Source: a virus
Virus record (IMG/VR): IMGVR_UViG_3300042453_002354
Coordinates: 92,878 to 156,877 of that record
Reading direction: 5' to 3' (one strand)
DNA: 64,000 nt
Of the stretch, positions 29,517 to 38,892 are shown piece by piece. The translations under genes were made by a program, and so were the position numbers. The notes beneath the pieces are model-generated. The model was not told where the DNA came from. It saw only the letters and a program-made list of their open reading frames with translations, and did not search any database. Within the stretch, counting starts at the first letter, position 1. Each line of letters begins with the position of its first letter.

Positions 29517-30641
29517 CTATCTAAAAGTTCCGTGTCGAAATGCTGGATTTACTTTGCCATAAATTTTACCATCAGAACCTCTTAATTTACAAACTCCCGT
29601 ATTTTGGTCTTTTATTGCTTCTTGAGATAATTTATATCCAAATTGATTAAAATAATATCTCCATCTTCCGTCAACGAATGCCAAAGGTGAACTAGATCTG
29701 GCAATAACCTTTCCGCTTTTTGTTACTAACTCAAAATACTTTAATCTGACTGGTGCAATTAGAACCGGCTTATATGCTCTTGGTTCTGGTGGTGTATAGT
29801 GTCTGTCTGAATGTGATTTCCACAACCAATTTGTAGGTAACGATATTCCTTTGCCAGAATCGTTGCGTAAATATTTAATAGATTCTATCAAACTTTTCGT
29901 CGGCCACGATCTTCTTTGTGGTCTCGGCGTTTCATCTGTGACCTTCAATCTGCCATTCATTGCTGGATGCCAAAGAAAAAAGATCTCAGCACCTTTTAAT
30001 GACTCCTTTCTAGTTTGTACATCATCATCAACGGAACTACTACCATCGTGCGAAAAAAGATATGCACCTCTTCTTGGACTTGCTTTTGATCCGTGTACTT
30101 CATTGACTATTCTATCGCCCGTTATGAACGAACCAAAAGGAACCCAAGGATTGTTTACATAGAAACAATTATCACGTTTTGGCAAAACTTTTAAAACTTC
30201 ATCCGCCAGTTCTTTTGCAAGTTCTTTATTGAGAACGTGTTCAGTGGCGCCAGAAAAATACCATATGACATTTTTATATCTTTTAGGAAATTCAGCAAAT
30301 CTTTTTGCTTCTGCTATAATTTTAGGAAAATCATTTCTAGTAAAATTGTGATCGTCTCTCCAAGCCAAGTTCAGTCTTATAGCCGGAGTTCTTCCTCTTC
30401 TAGCAAGGTGTTTTATGACATTTGTTGGATCATCAAATAAATCCTTTTGTGTAAAAAAACCGGCGGCCCAACCACGAGGATGTGAATCTATTATAACTTG
30501 TGGATACTTACCGCCACCAAGATAATCCATACCGAATAGTCTTGGTCTTTTGACTTCTGGTGTTAGCGCAACAGATTGAAATTGGAATGGTAGGCATAAT
30601 AAAAGCAATACGACTAATACCTTGATTCTATGAAAATTCAT
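29517..30641 (-). CDS. Secreted/virion protein of unknown function; C-terminal domain resembles the gp5 C-terminal extension
   Basis: Signal-peptide-like MNFHRIKVLVVLLLLCLPF after GAGG; C-terminal WLWK..SD...KPVLIAP...GKVIAR...DGR.RYYF...FRH. Confidence 0.65.
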   Translation of the reverse strand: MNFHRIKVLVVLLLLCLPFQFQSVALTPEVKRPRLFGMDYLGGGKYPQVIIDSHPRGWAAGFFTQKDLFDDPTNVIKHLARRGRTPAIRLNLAWRDDHNFTRNDFPKIIAEAKRFAEFPKRYKNVIWYFSGATEHVLNKELAKELADEVLKVLPKRDNCFYVNNPWVPFGSFITGDRIVNEVHGSKASPRRGAYLFSHDGSSSVDDDVQTRKESLKGAEIFFLWHPAMNGRLKVTDETPRPQRRSWPTKSLIESIKYLRNDSGKGISLPTNWLWKSHSDRHYTPPEPRAYKPVLIAPVRLKYFELVTKSGKVIARSSSPLAFVDGRWRYYFNQFGYKLSQEAIKDQNTGVCKLRGSDGKIYGKVNPAFRHGTFR

Positions 30642-30685
30642 TTTGAGTATGAACACCTCTCGATTTAGTATACTCGGTGTATTTT

Positions 30686-30722
30686 TATTTATGTCGATTC
30701 GCAAAATCCAAAATAATAAATA
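30686..30722. promoter_or_regulatory. Divergent late-promoter-like sites (CATAAATA minus, AATAAATA plus)
   Basis: One-mismatch matches to TATAAATA between divergent genes. Confidence 0.4.
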
Positions 30723-30767
30723 GTATGTAATTAAAAATGAATATTGTGATCATTCCAAGAATAGAAA

Positions 30768-32060
30768 ATGGCACAATACAGCAAGAGAACAAATAATTAC
30801 CTAACACACGCAAAAACATTGTTTGAAGTTGTGATGATTGCCGACCAAAATGGCAATCCAACTTCCGTCAATAACCCTACGGGCACTGCCGTAGATGCAT
30901 TTGGCAGAATGCGTGTATCAAATCCTGTCACACTATTCGATAGTTTTAACAGATATCAAATCAATTCTCATTTCTCCACTTTAACGTCAGTTTCTGGTGG
31001 TTCAATTTCTTATAATGAATTTGATAGCTCAATTTTATTAAATGTAGACACATCTTCAGGTTCTTTTGTAAAAAGAGAGACGACAAGAGTATTTGCATAT
31101 CAACCAGGTAAGTCATTACAAATTTTAGCAACATTTTGTTTTGATGTGGCACAAAGTGGACTCAGACAAAGAGTTGGATACTTTAATGATAATAACGGAG
31201 TTTTCTTAGAGCAAGATAATAGCGTAATTAGTTTTGTGATAAGATCTAGCGTATCCGGTTCTGTGAGCGATCTGAATCGTGTTGCTAAAACCGATTGGAA
31301 TATAGACAAATTAGACGGTACTGGACCATCCGGAAAAACTTTAGATTTAACCACAGCACAAATATTTTGGACAGATATTGAATGGTTGGGTGTCGGATCT
31401 GTTCGTTGTGGTTTTGTAATAGATGGGCAATTCGTACACTGTCATACATTTCATCACGCAAATCATATAGAAAGCACCTATATGACAACAGCTTGCTTGC
31501 CAATAAGATATGAAATACAAAACACGGCAAACACTTCGGTATCAAGCTCGTTAAGACAAATTTGCTGTAGTGTGATATCTGAAGGTGGTTATGAACTGAG
31601 AGGAAGAAATAAAAGCGCAGGAAGTTCCTCTTTAATAAATTTACCAACAGCAGGAACGTTTTACAATTTAATGTCAATAAGATTGAAAGTAGATAGATTG
31701 GATGCTATCGTAGTGCCAAAAAACATAAGCGTTTTTGGCAAAGGTAATAATACCAGAATACATTGGAAAATATTATCAGGTGGTACGATTACTGGTGGAT
31801 CTTGGAATTCTGCTGGTAGCGATTCTGCCGTTGAGTATAACAACACGGGTACTCTAACTGGTGGTTCGTCTTTAGTCGAAGGTTATATTGGCATAGATGC
31901 ACAAAGCTCACAAACCGCCAGTTTAGATTCAGGAATGTTCAAATTTCAATTAGAAAGAAATGGATTAACAGGCCAGTCTGTAATTTTTACTCTAGCCGCA
32001 ACGGGTGGAGTGGATGACGACAAAGCACTGGGTGCAATGGTTTGGGAAGAAATAACATAA
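30768..32060 (+). CDS. Conserved T4-like phage virion structural protein
   Basis: DAFGRMRVSNP.TLFD, YQPGKS, QIFW.D.EWLGVG.VR.GF, YMTTACLPIRYEI motifs common in large myovirus proteins. Confidence 0.7.
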   Translation: MAQYSKRTNNYLTHAKTLFEVVMIADQNGNPTSVNNPTGTAVDAFGRMRVSNPVTLFDSFNRYQINSHFSTLTSVSGGSISYNEFDSSILLNVDTSSGSFVKRETTRVFAYQPGKSLQILATFCFDVAQSGLRQRVGYFNDNNGVFLEQDNSVISFVIRSSVSGSVSDLNRVAKTDWNIDKLDGTGPSGKTLDLTTAQIFWTDIEWLGVGSVRCGFVIDGQFVHCHTFHHANHIESTYMTTACLPIRYEIQNTANTSVSSSLRQICCSVISEGGYELRGRNKSAGSSSLINLPTAGTFYNLMSIRLKVDRLDAIVVPKNISVFGKGNNTRIHWKILSGGTITGGSWNSAGSDSAVEYNNTGTLTGGSSLVEGYIGIDAQSSQTASLDSGMFKFQLERNGLTGQSVIFTLAATGGVDDDKALGAMVWEEIT

Positions 32061-32097
32061 GTTTAAAACACACACATACAAAAAAAAAGGAAGAAAA

Positions 32098-33159
32098 ATG
32101 ACAGACTTTTTACCCCCAATTGAAATATTCGAGGATGTTGCCGCAGTTTATTCCAATGGACGACCTGGCAGTATCGATCCATCAGTTCCAACGAGAAATG
32201 GTTGGTATTTTAGAAATGCATTAGCAGGACAAAAAATAAATTGGTATTTCTTTGATGGATATGTTAATAACATTACTGTGCAAAATTTCTCTGCATACGC
32301 CGTAGTTACTCTAGATTCTACTGTATCTAAACCGTATCTAGCCGTTTATACCAAACCAACAGGATCTGGGGATTTTGCGCCTTGGTATAAATCTAGCAAA
32401 GTGTTTTTGATGTCTTCTGGTGTTGTTGGTACAAAATATTTGGTATATTTTGGACAAGATCCACAAGTTCATCTAGATTTACCTAGAATTCAACTAACAC
32501 CTGGATTGACAAATGGTTCGTTTGGCAATAGTGAAGAAATATTAACCATTGCATTCAGCACCGACTCGGGTGCGGCTGTAAATTCAGTTAAATTGTTGAC
32601 AGAAAGTTTAGGAATTAATGCCACAACATTCAAGCAAGAATACGAACTTGAAATAAGAAATCCAGCAGGACTTTGGAGTTTGAATAATCCTCCTTTATGG
32701 CCAAAGAAGTGTAAAGAATATAAAAACGATTCTATAGTACTGACTCAATCCGGATGGACCGTTTTGAGAACAGGCGAAGTTCTAGTCGCAATGGGCGGAA
32801 GACTGATCGATGCAGGAGTGTCGGATGTTGTTGATATTAAATTTACAGAAGAATCATATGAAAGGGGCGATCCTTTAACCGTTAAAGTTGTATTCAACGA
32901 AAAGGTTGATGTCACGGCCGGTGCTACGGTATCAGTTTCTTGGACTGGTGGTAATTTTAACTGCTCAGTTCCTTCAAACTTGACCGGAGTATATGAAGTT
33001 TTATTTCAGGGTGTAGTTCCTTCTGCCGCTGGTACGTTGAGTTTGTCACCTGAAACAAAAATTACGGGAACTATTAGAGATACTGGTACAGTAAATGCAT
33101 CGAACTTGAACGTTCCTGTATTCTTGAATCCGTTCTTTAAATCTGCAACGGTTGCATAA
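32098..33159 (+). CDS. Putative virion structural protein
   Basis: 353 aa beta-rich; GW...TGEVLVAM motif and C-terminal Ig-like V.FNEKVDVT.G; follows 30768 gene on same strand. Confidence 0.55.
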   Translation: MTDFLPPIEIFEDVAAVYSNGRPGSIDPSVPTRNGWYFRNALAGQKINWYFFDGYVNNITVQNFSAYAVVTLDSTVSKPYLAVYTKPTGSGDFAPWYKSSKVFLMSSGVVGTKYLVYFGQDPQVHLDLPRIQLTPGLTNGSFGNSEEILTIAFSTDSGAAVNSVKLLTESLGINATTFKQEYELEIRNPAGLWSLNNPPLWPKKCKEYKNDSIVLTQSGWTVLRTGEVLVAMGGRLIDAGVSDVVDIKFTEESYERGDPLTVKVVFNEKVDVTAGATVSVSWTGGNFNCSVPSNLTGVYEVLFQGVVPSAAGTLSLSPETKITGTIRDTGTVNASNLNVPVFLNPFFKSATVA

Positions 33160-33175
33160 TTACTGCAATGAATTG

Positions 33176-33249
33176 TGGAGCCCTCACCTAGAATCGAACT
33201 AGGAATTGATGATTACAAATCAACTGTTATACCTTTTAACTATAAGGGC
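33176..33249 (-). tRNA. tRNA-Thr(UGU)
   Basis: GCCCTTA...TGAGGGC-T-CCA acceptor; anticodon loop TT-TGT-AA; T-loop GTTCGATT; encoded CCA. Confidence 0.88.
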
Positions 33250-33250
33250 G

Positions 33251-33290
33251 AAGGTGCTAGATTGAATAAATCTAGCACCTTTATTAATTT
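33251..33290 (+). terminator. Intrinsic terminator for the plus-strand 30768-33159 unit
   Basis: 13-bp perfect inverted repeat aaggtgctagatt-gaata-aatctagcacctt followed by T-rich tract on plus strand. Confidence 0.65.
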
Positions 33291-33293
33291 ATA

Positions 33294-34064
33294 TCAAGAA
33301 TTATTTTTAATAGTTTCAAGAATCCAATTTCTACCGGCGGGTACACTAGCATAAACGCCAGGATAAACACTACTTGCACACTCAAATCCCCACGATGTAA
33401 TACCGTAGAGAACCCTTCGGTTCAATGAGGTAATTGGTCCACCACTGTCACCATTACAAGTATCACCACCATCCAGCACTTCATTAGACGAAGACAATTT
33501 GGCCCCACAAATCATTGTTTTGTCGTCAAATTGATCACCCAAAACAGTACTGCATTGACTCTGTTGCCAAATTGGAAACTTTAACTCTTTCAATTGAGAT
33601 GATATTGCACCCGATTCGGTAATACCCCAACCAAAAGCTCTATGACTTCCCACGACATTCTTTGTTGCCAGTTTTGGATACAATCTTGATTTTAATTTTC
33701 TCTTTAATTTAAAGAGTGCCCAGTCCCGTTTATATGTAAAACCACTCCAATTATCAAAAAATACAGATTCTACTCCGGATCTTGCCTTTGGATGAGAAAG
33801 ACTCTTACCACCAACACCTACCTTGAAGAAAGATAGGTCATAATTCCTTGTCAATTCAGCACAGTGTGCCGCCGTCAGCACCCAACCAGGTCTGATGAGC
33901 GTTCCACCACAAAAGAATTCACCATCGAGGTATAGTGCAGTCATATATGGTACAGCACGATTGACCGTTATACCATTAATAATTCTTTCAGTAGTTTGTG
34001 CGTGTGACTTTACACACACAAACAAAGATAATGCCAATAGTCCAATTTTTGTTTTAATTTTCAT
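33294..34064 (-). CDS. Secreted trypsin-like (S1) serine protease
   Basis: Signal peptide; R-IING activation site; CGG.LI...WVLTAAHC; DWAL; GDTCNGDSGGP; GITSWG..C....PGVY. Confidence 0.93.
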   Translation of the reverse strand: MKIKTKIGLLALSLFVCVKSHAQTTERIINGITVNRAVPYMTALYLDGEFFCGGTLIRPGWVLTAAHCAELTRNYDLSFFKVGVGGKSLSHPKARSGVESVFFDNWSGFTYKRDWALFKLKRKLKSRLYPKLATKNVVGSHRAFGWGITESGAISSQLKELKFPIWQQSQCSTVLGDQFDDKTMICGAKLSSSNEVLDGGDTCNGDSGGPITSLNRRVLYGITSWGFECASSVYPGVYASVPAGRNWILETIKNNS

Positions 34065-34078
34065 ATATTCTCACAGTT

Positions 34079-34174
34079 TTATTTCATTTCATCAAATTCA
34101 TCCAAGATCATTTGCACTAGAATGACCACGAAAATGATAATCGCAAATACAAGTATAAAGTAAAGTTCCATCAT
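34079..34174 (-). CDS. Small single-pass membrane peptide (31 aa, not in ORF track)
   Basis: MMELYFILVFAIIIFVVILVQMILDEFDEMK fills the cobS-protease gap. Confidence 0.4.
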   Translation of the reverse strand: MMELYFILVFAIIIFVVILVQMILDEFDEMK

Positions 34175-34176
34175 AG

Positions 34177-35064
34177 TTAAAACAGTTCAATTTCAGTGTC
34201 TTCTTTTTTCAATTCTTCTATATCGGTTTGTCCATCTAAGATTTTTATCTCCTCTAGATTATACATTTTATCCCACAGTGTGTAAAAGGTTTCTTGGGTA
34301 GACTTATCGAATCGACTTAAACATAGTTTTACTGAATCATTAATATTTCCTATAATGTTATTGGTTTGTAATATATGAACCAAACGACGAGTGGTTACTA
34401 CTTCATTCGATCCACCATCATCAAATGTATCACGAATTGATTCCGACCACGAGAGTAGAGTATTGACAATTTTTTCATCGCCTCTAGTCATTATCTTGGT
34501 AAGAATCTTTTTCTCATTCGCTTTACTTGGATATTTTTGTTCCAGTGTGATTGCAAACCTTTCCAGAAATGCTTCATTCAAAAAGTTAGTACCGATAAAC
34601 TTACCAGTTTCATCACCTTGACCTTTCGTATTGGCGGTAGCGATTATGGTAAAGCCAGGTGCTGGCGTTACGACCTCATTTATTTTCTTTATGTACAACG
34701 AATTACCTTCAAGTACAGGTTGTAGACACATAATTCTGTTAGATGCCAAATCAACCTCGTCTAGCAAAAGAACAGCACCTTCCCGCATTGCTTCAACGAC
34801 CGGACCATAATGCCATACGGTGTCGCCATCCTTTAATCTAAAACCACCGATCAAATCATCTTCATCCGTTTCAATGGTTACGTTTATTCTGATCAATTTT
34901 CTTTTCAGATCGGCGCATACTTGTTCTACCATCATAGTTTTACCGTTACCGGACAAACCAGTAATAAAGACAGGAAAGAAATTTTGACTACCAACAATCT
35001 GTGAAAGTAGATTATGATGACCCCATTTTACATAGTTGTTATTTTTGGCCGGTACAATTGACAT
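34177..35064 (-). CDS. cobS: CobS/MoxR-like AAA+ ATPase of T4-like phages
   Basis: Walker A GLSGNGKT; RINVTIETDEDDLIGG; Walker B LLLDEVD; ATANTKGQG; NEAFLERF; TRRL; GGAG RBS before MSIVPAK. Confidence 0.88.
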   Translation of the reverse strand: MSIVPAKNNNYVKWGHHNLLSQIVGSQNFFPVFITGLSGNGKTMMVEQVCADLKRKLIRINVTIETDEDDLIGGFRLKDGDTVWHYGPVVEAMREGAVLLLDEVDLASNRIMCLQPVLEGNSLYIKKINEVVTPAPGFTIIATANTKGQGDETGKFIGTNFLNEAFLERFAITLEQKYPSKANEKKILTKIMTRGDEKIVNTLLSWSESIRDTFDDGGSNEVVTTRRLVHILQTNNIIGNINDSVKLCLSRFDKSTQETFYTLWDKMYNLEEIKILDGQTDIEELKKEDTEIELF

Positions 35065-35103
35065 AACAATGATCTCCAAGATAAACAATTTTTCTATAAT
35101 TAA

Positions 35104-35132
35104 ATTATCACACAATCAAACTAACAGATCAA
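35104..35132 (-). promoter_or_regulatory. sigma70-type promoter TTGATC-N17-GATAAT upstream of cobS
   Basis: 17-nt spacer and TG extension on minus strand. Confidence 0.45.
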
Positions 35133-36390
35133 CAATTTTTTCGGAAATAATTTTTAAAGATTTTGTCTTGACTAAACTTTTGGTCATATCTCTGCCAATT
35201 TTGTTTATTTCTTTTTTTACATTTTCGACTTGTTTTGGTCTTTTGACATAGATATCTTTATCCAAATCATCATCCAGTCCTTCATCATCCAAAGATTCTA
35301 CGTCATTCCAAAAATCACTTCGTTGTATTATATCAAAACATCCGAATACACTTTTATTAAGACAAATAAAAGTATTGAAAGATTGTGGCAAATTATTAAC
35401 TTTAACTTTGATATCATCTGAGGAGAATCTATCACTGTGAATATAGAATTCGTGGCACTTCAATGATTGACCAAAGTGTTTTCTTAATGCAGAAACTAAC
35501 GTATGATATTGAGCCGGTTTCCAATCGATCTGATGATACATCATATTGTCGTTTCTATTTCTAATTAATCCATTTTTCACAAGTGTTTCATAATTAGACA
35601 AAACATCATAAAAGTAACTTTTGTTTTTATACTTTATGTTTAAAGATGTTTGTCCGCTAAGTGAGTCTCTGGAAAATAATTGGTTTCCGTTTTCAATTGT
35701 ATCCGTTGCATCGCCATCGGTTATGACGATTAAGTGAGTTATATCCTTTTTGTGTTTTTGTTGAAAATTATCTACTACCTTAAAACATTCAAACATTGAA
35801 TTATTCAGTGGAGTACCAGAGAGTCCGTATCCGAATGAGTGTGCATAACTCGAATCGGCGGCGGCTCTAGCAAGATAATAAAATGCTCTAGATTGCATTT
35901 GAAAATCTAGCTTCGATGATGAAGATGATAAAAAATTATATAATCTGCATTTGTCCGGAGGTGCATTAAATGGATAATGTTCAGACTCATAACTATGTAC
36001 TCTAAAATCACTAAACCCATAAACATCAAACGGCAAACCGGCCTTTTTACAAAACTTGGCAAACAATAAAATTTGTAGTATGCAAGGCAAATATTCAGAA
36101 CCCATACTACCAGACATATCAAACAATACGACAAAACCGTAACTGTCGCCTTTATAATCGATCTGTTTTCTAATAAAAATATCTTCCGATAGTTTATGTT
36201 TGGATAATGATTGAGTGTCTAGTATACCAGTTTTTTTGAATTGCGTTTTGTGATATTCTCTGGTTTTTTGTTTTCTTAGAAACAATTGCGTCATATGACT
36301 CGAAATCATTTCTAATGCACGATCCATTTTTTCATAATCAGATTTATATCTTGCTGCATTATCTCTGGTATAGTAATTCATTTTTATCAA
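35116..36390 (-). CDS. VWA (MIDAS) domain protein, CobT-like partner of the AAA ATPase
   Basis: KTG.LD...L...K..EDIF; DMSGSM; LSGTPLN; LIVITDG. Confidence 0.8.
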   Translation of the reverse strand: MIKMNYYTRDNAARYKSDYEKMDRALEMISSHMTQLFLRKQKTREYHKTQFKKTGILDTQSLSKHKLSEDIFIRKQIDYKGDSYGFVVLFDMSGSMGSEYLPCILQILLFAKFCKKAGLPFDVYGFSDFRVHSYESEHYPFNAPPDKCRLYNFLSSSSSKLDFQMQSRAFYYLARAAADSSYAHSFGYGLSGTPLNNSMFECFKVVDNFQQKHKKDITHLIVITDGDATDTIENGNQLFSRDSLSGQTSLNIKYKNKSYFYDVLSNYETLVKNGLIRNRNDNMMYHQIDWKPAQYHTLVSALRKHFGQSLKCHEFYIHSDRFSSDDIKVKVNNLPQSFNTFICLNKSVFGCFDIIQRSDFWNDVESLDDEGLDDDLDKDIYVKRPKQVENVKKEINKIGRDMTKSLVKTKSLKIISEKIVDLLV

Positions 36391-37319
36391 CCTTCATAAT
36401 ATGATAAAATTCGATGTAGCACATCAGCAGTGAATAATTTGCTATTACTAATGATATCGCAATTACTAATTTCAATGCAAGTGATATTTTTAGATAATGC
36501 TTCTTGTAAACTTTCATTCATTTTCTGTTCAAAGGTGTTTTGGATTTCAGAAAAGAATTCGCCAGAATCATTCTTCGTTGGTTTCTGTGGTTGAATCTGT
36601 TCGGATTGTTGTTGTGTTTCATTTTGTTCATTTTGACCACCATCAGAAGTCTCAGTGCCAGAAACTTCTACTTTTTGCATTTGGGATTCATTCTCTTGGT
36701 CTTCTTTGTTTTCTTGATCTTTTTCTTTTTCTCTCTTTAGATACTCTAGAATTTCTCTCGATACTGTTATAACACTTTCAAAGTTATAACAAGTTATGCA
36801 TTTCTTAACCAATGAAAGTTCTTCGGTGTTAAAGACTATTCTACCATAGGATTCATAATTGGCTTTTACCTTGAGGTATAATACCAATCTATCCAAAAAT
36901 GTTTTGTAATTAATTTTGTGTAATGAGTGTGATATTTTTTCTTCGTTACCAAAGAAATCATTTTCCAACAACCATTTAATTCCGTTTTTATAATCAGAAA
37001 CCAAGCCAGGATATTTTTGTTTTATCTTTATATCGATTCGATAGTCTTCTACTATATTGATGATTGGTTTTAATTCTTTACCCTCTTCACTCACAAATAT
37101 ATCATCATACGGAGTAAACAATGCGTGGCCAACTTCGTGTCCTATAACGAAATGATATAATTGTTCTTGCTTGAAGTCCCAGAATGGTAAATATAAAGTT
37201 CTGTTCTTTATATCAAAGGCTGCGGTAGTCAAACTCTGATTAAGAACAACGCCGATATTTTCACTAGCAAACAGTTTTGCCAGTAGCTCATAATTCTGTA
37301 TTGCATTGTTTGATTTCAT
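36387..37319 (-). CDS. Zincin-like metallopeptidase domain protein
   Basis: LAKL.A.ENI; TAAFD.KNR.L.LP.W; GHEVGHALFTP; NIVED.RI...IK.KYPG; acidic linker at C-terminus. Confidence 0.8.
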   Translation of the reverse strand: MKSNNAIQNYELLAKLFASENIGVVLNQSLTTAAFDIKNRTLYLPFWDFKQEQLYHFVIGHEVGHALFTPYDDIFVSEEGKELKPIINIVEDYRIDIKIKQKYPGLVSDYKNGIKWLLENDFFGNEEKISHSLHKINYKTFLDRLVLYLKVKANYESYGRIVFNTEELSLVKKCITCYNFESVITVSREILEYLKREKEKDQENKEDQENESQMQKVEVSGTETSDGGQNEQNETQQQSEQIQPQKPTKNDSGEFFSEIQNTFEQKMNESLQEALSKNITCIEISNCDIISNSKLFTADVLHRILSYYEG

Positions 37320-37329
37320 TTTAAAAATC

Positions 37330-37551
37330 TCAGTATACTAAAGATAAATCTTCACAAATAGCAATCACTTCTTCCTCAAAATCTTTGTAGGAAAAGTTAT
37401 CCGGTAATACTTCATAAGCATGTTCAAGTATCTCGGACACTATATCATTTGTTTTAAATCCATACTTATTCGCAATTTCAGTAGCTATCTTTTTACATTG
37501 TATCATTTGTTGCGATGAATTTCTAGGGAATTGATATATTTTAGCAGACAT
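37330..37551 (-). CDS. Hypothetical protein
   Basis: ORF, start overlaps upstream stop. Confidence 0.5.
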   Translation of the reverse strand: MSAKIYQFPRNSSQQMIQCKKIATEIANKYGFKTNDIVSEILEHAYEVLPDNFSYKDFEEEVIAICEDLSLVY

Positions 37552-37766
37552 TATTGAACCTCATCCATTTGGTGTTCAGTCAAAAACTTATTAAGAGCTA
37601 CATAATGTAAGTCTATGGCCTTTTTAGTTTCTAGTGCTTTCTCATATTCCTCCTCAGAATAAAATTTAGTGTATAATTGTTGTAGTTGTTTAAGATTGTC
37701 TAAGACCTTTCTTAATACTACAGACAATTCTTCTTTCGTTAATTGTTCTGGATATTTGTATTCCAT
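37551..37766 (-). CDS. Hypothetical protein
   Basis: ORF directly behind promoter. Confidence 0.5.
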   Translation of the reverse strand: MEYKYPEQLTKEELSVVLRKVLDNLKQLQQLYTKFYSEEEYEKALETKKAIDLHYVALNKFLTEHQMDEVQ

Positions 37767-37793
37767 ACTTATCTCGATTTACCCTACTATTTT

Positions 37794-37822
37794 AGTATAT
37801 CGTATTAGATGCCGAGGTTCAA
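37794..37822 (-). promoter_or_regulatory. sigma70-type promoter TTGAAC-N17-TATACT
   Basis: 17-nt spacer, upstream of the peptidase/VWA operon. Confidence 0.5.
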
Positions 37823-38170
37823 TCATTTTTTATGAAGTTTAAGGCATTCCTTCAGACTGACTATGAGTTTATTTAAGGCATCGGTTTTATTGAAGTTCTT
37901 TTTGCCAAATTGCTCTCGTAGGACAACTTGTGGTGCATCCTTGTTATTTGCTATCTCAAACTGAATCCAAAACTTATCAGCATCGGAATCGTCTTCTTCT
38001 ACGGTGATAATTTTAAGAGCCTTTATCACGCCGTCTCGGTACAATTCGGTAAGTGATTCATATTCATAGCTACTCAAAACATTTGAATCGCCAATTAATA
38101 CAGGACAACCACCATGCGAATCTGGAAGTGTTGATTGTAAATAATTAATGACATCAAGAATCGTTTTCAT
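37823..38170 (-). CDS. Hypothetical protein
   Basis: AGGAG RBS; 115 aa. Confidence 0.55.
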   Translation of the reverse strand: MKTILDVINYLQSTLPDSHGGCPVLIGDSNVLSSYEYESLTELYRDGVIKALKIITVEEDDSDADKFWIQFEIANNKDAPQVVLREQFGKKNFNKTDALNKLIVSLKECLKLHKK

Positions 38171-38705
38171 TTTCTCCTTGTTTAATTGTTATACCATTTT
38201 CGATAGGATCTATATCTTTCATTTTCTCTATAATTTGATCGATAGAAACTGGCATATAGTTCCAAACATCGACACCTACATCAGTCGATCTACCAAAATC
38301 TGGCAAGTTTCCGTGTGAATGTCCATATAGATGTATGCCACCATGTCGAATCTTGCTCCAGGTTCTGTGTGCGTAGTGTGACAAGAAAAAGTGATAGCCA
38401 TATTTCTTTATGGAGTGTACATCTTTGACAAAATTAAATCTCTTGTGTTTTGTGACAAATTCATTATCGTGATTTCCTTTTATTAGGTTTATGTTGCCGT
38501 GCAACCTTCCTATGATTCTATCGGAATTAATGAATCCAAAATCACCAAGATGATAGATGGTATCACCCCCTTTAACTGTGTTGTTCCAATTTTGCATTAG
38601 AATCTCATCGTGCTCTTCAATTGAAGAGAATGGACGATTACAATATTTTATTATGTTTCTATGTCCGAAGTGTGTGTCGGCTATGAACCAAACGTTGTGT
38701 TTCAT
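38154..38705 (-). CDS. Calcineurin-like metallophosphoesterase
   Basis: ADTHFGH, HLGDF, GNHD, LSHY, LYGHSH. Confidence 0.9.
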   Translation of the reverse strand: MKHNVWFIADTHFGHRNIIKYCNRPFSSIEEHDEILMQNWNNTVKGGDTIYHLGDFGFINSDRIIGRLHGNINLIKGNHDNEFVTKHKRFNFVKDVHSIKKYGYHFFLSHYAHRTWSKIRHGGIHLYGHSHGNLPDFGRSTDVGVDVWNYMPVSIDQIIEKMKDIDPIENGITIKQGENENDS

Positions 38706-38884
38706 TGCTTTAGATTTTCTATCAGTCGATTATACATCTCTACGCCATCTCTCAATTCTTCTAATGCATCTTGTCTTTTTTCTAACGGTAAATTTTCACT
38801 AGAAGATAAAATATCTCTACAAACATCTATAACATTTTTTAAAACACCAATTTCATCTAATTGTATTTTAGTCAGAAAATCCAT
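38702..38884 (-). CDS. Hypothetical protein
   Basis: 60-aa helical ORF with ATGA overlap. Confidence 0.5.
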   Translation of the reverse strand: MDFLTKIQLDEIGVLKNVIDVCRDILSSSENLPLEKRQDALEELRDGVEMYNRLIENLKQ

Positions 38885-38892
38885 ATTAACAC

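Noticed and set aside
34177-36390. cobS/VWA as evidence of cobalamin biosynthesis
   Set aside because: Phage CobS is a MoxR-type AAA ATPase; no cobN or other B12 genes are present.
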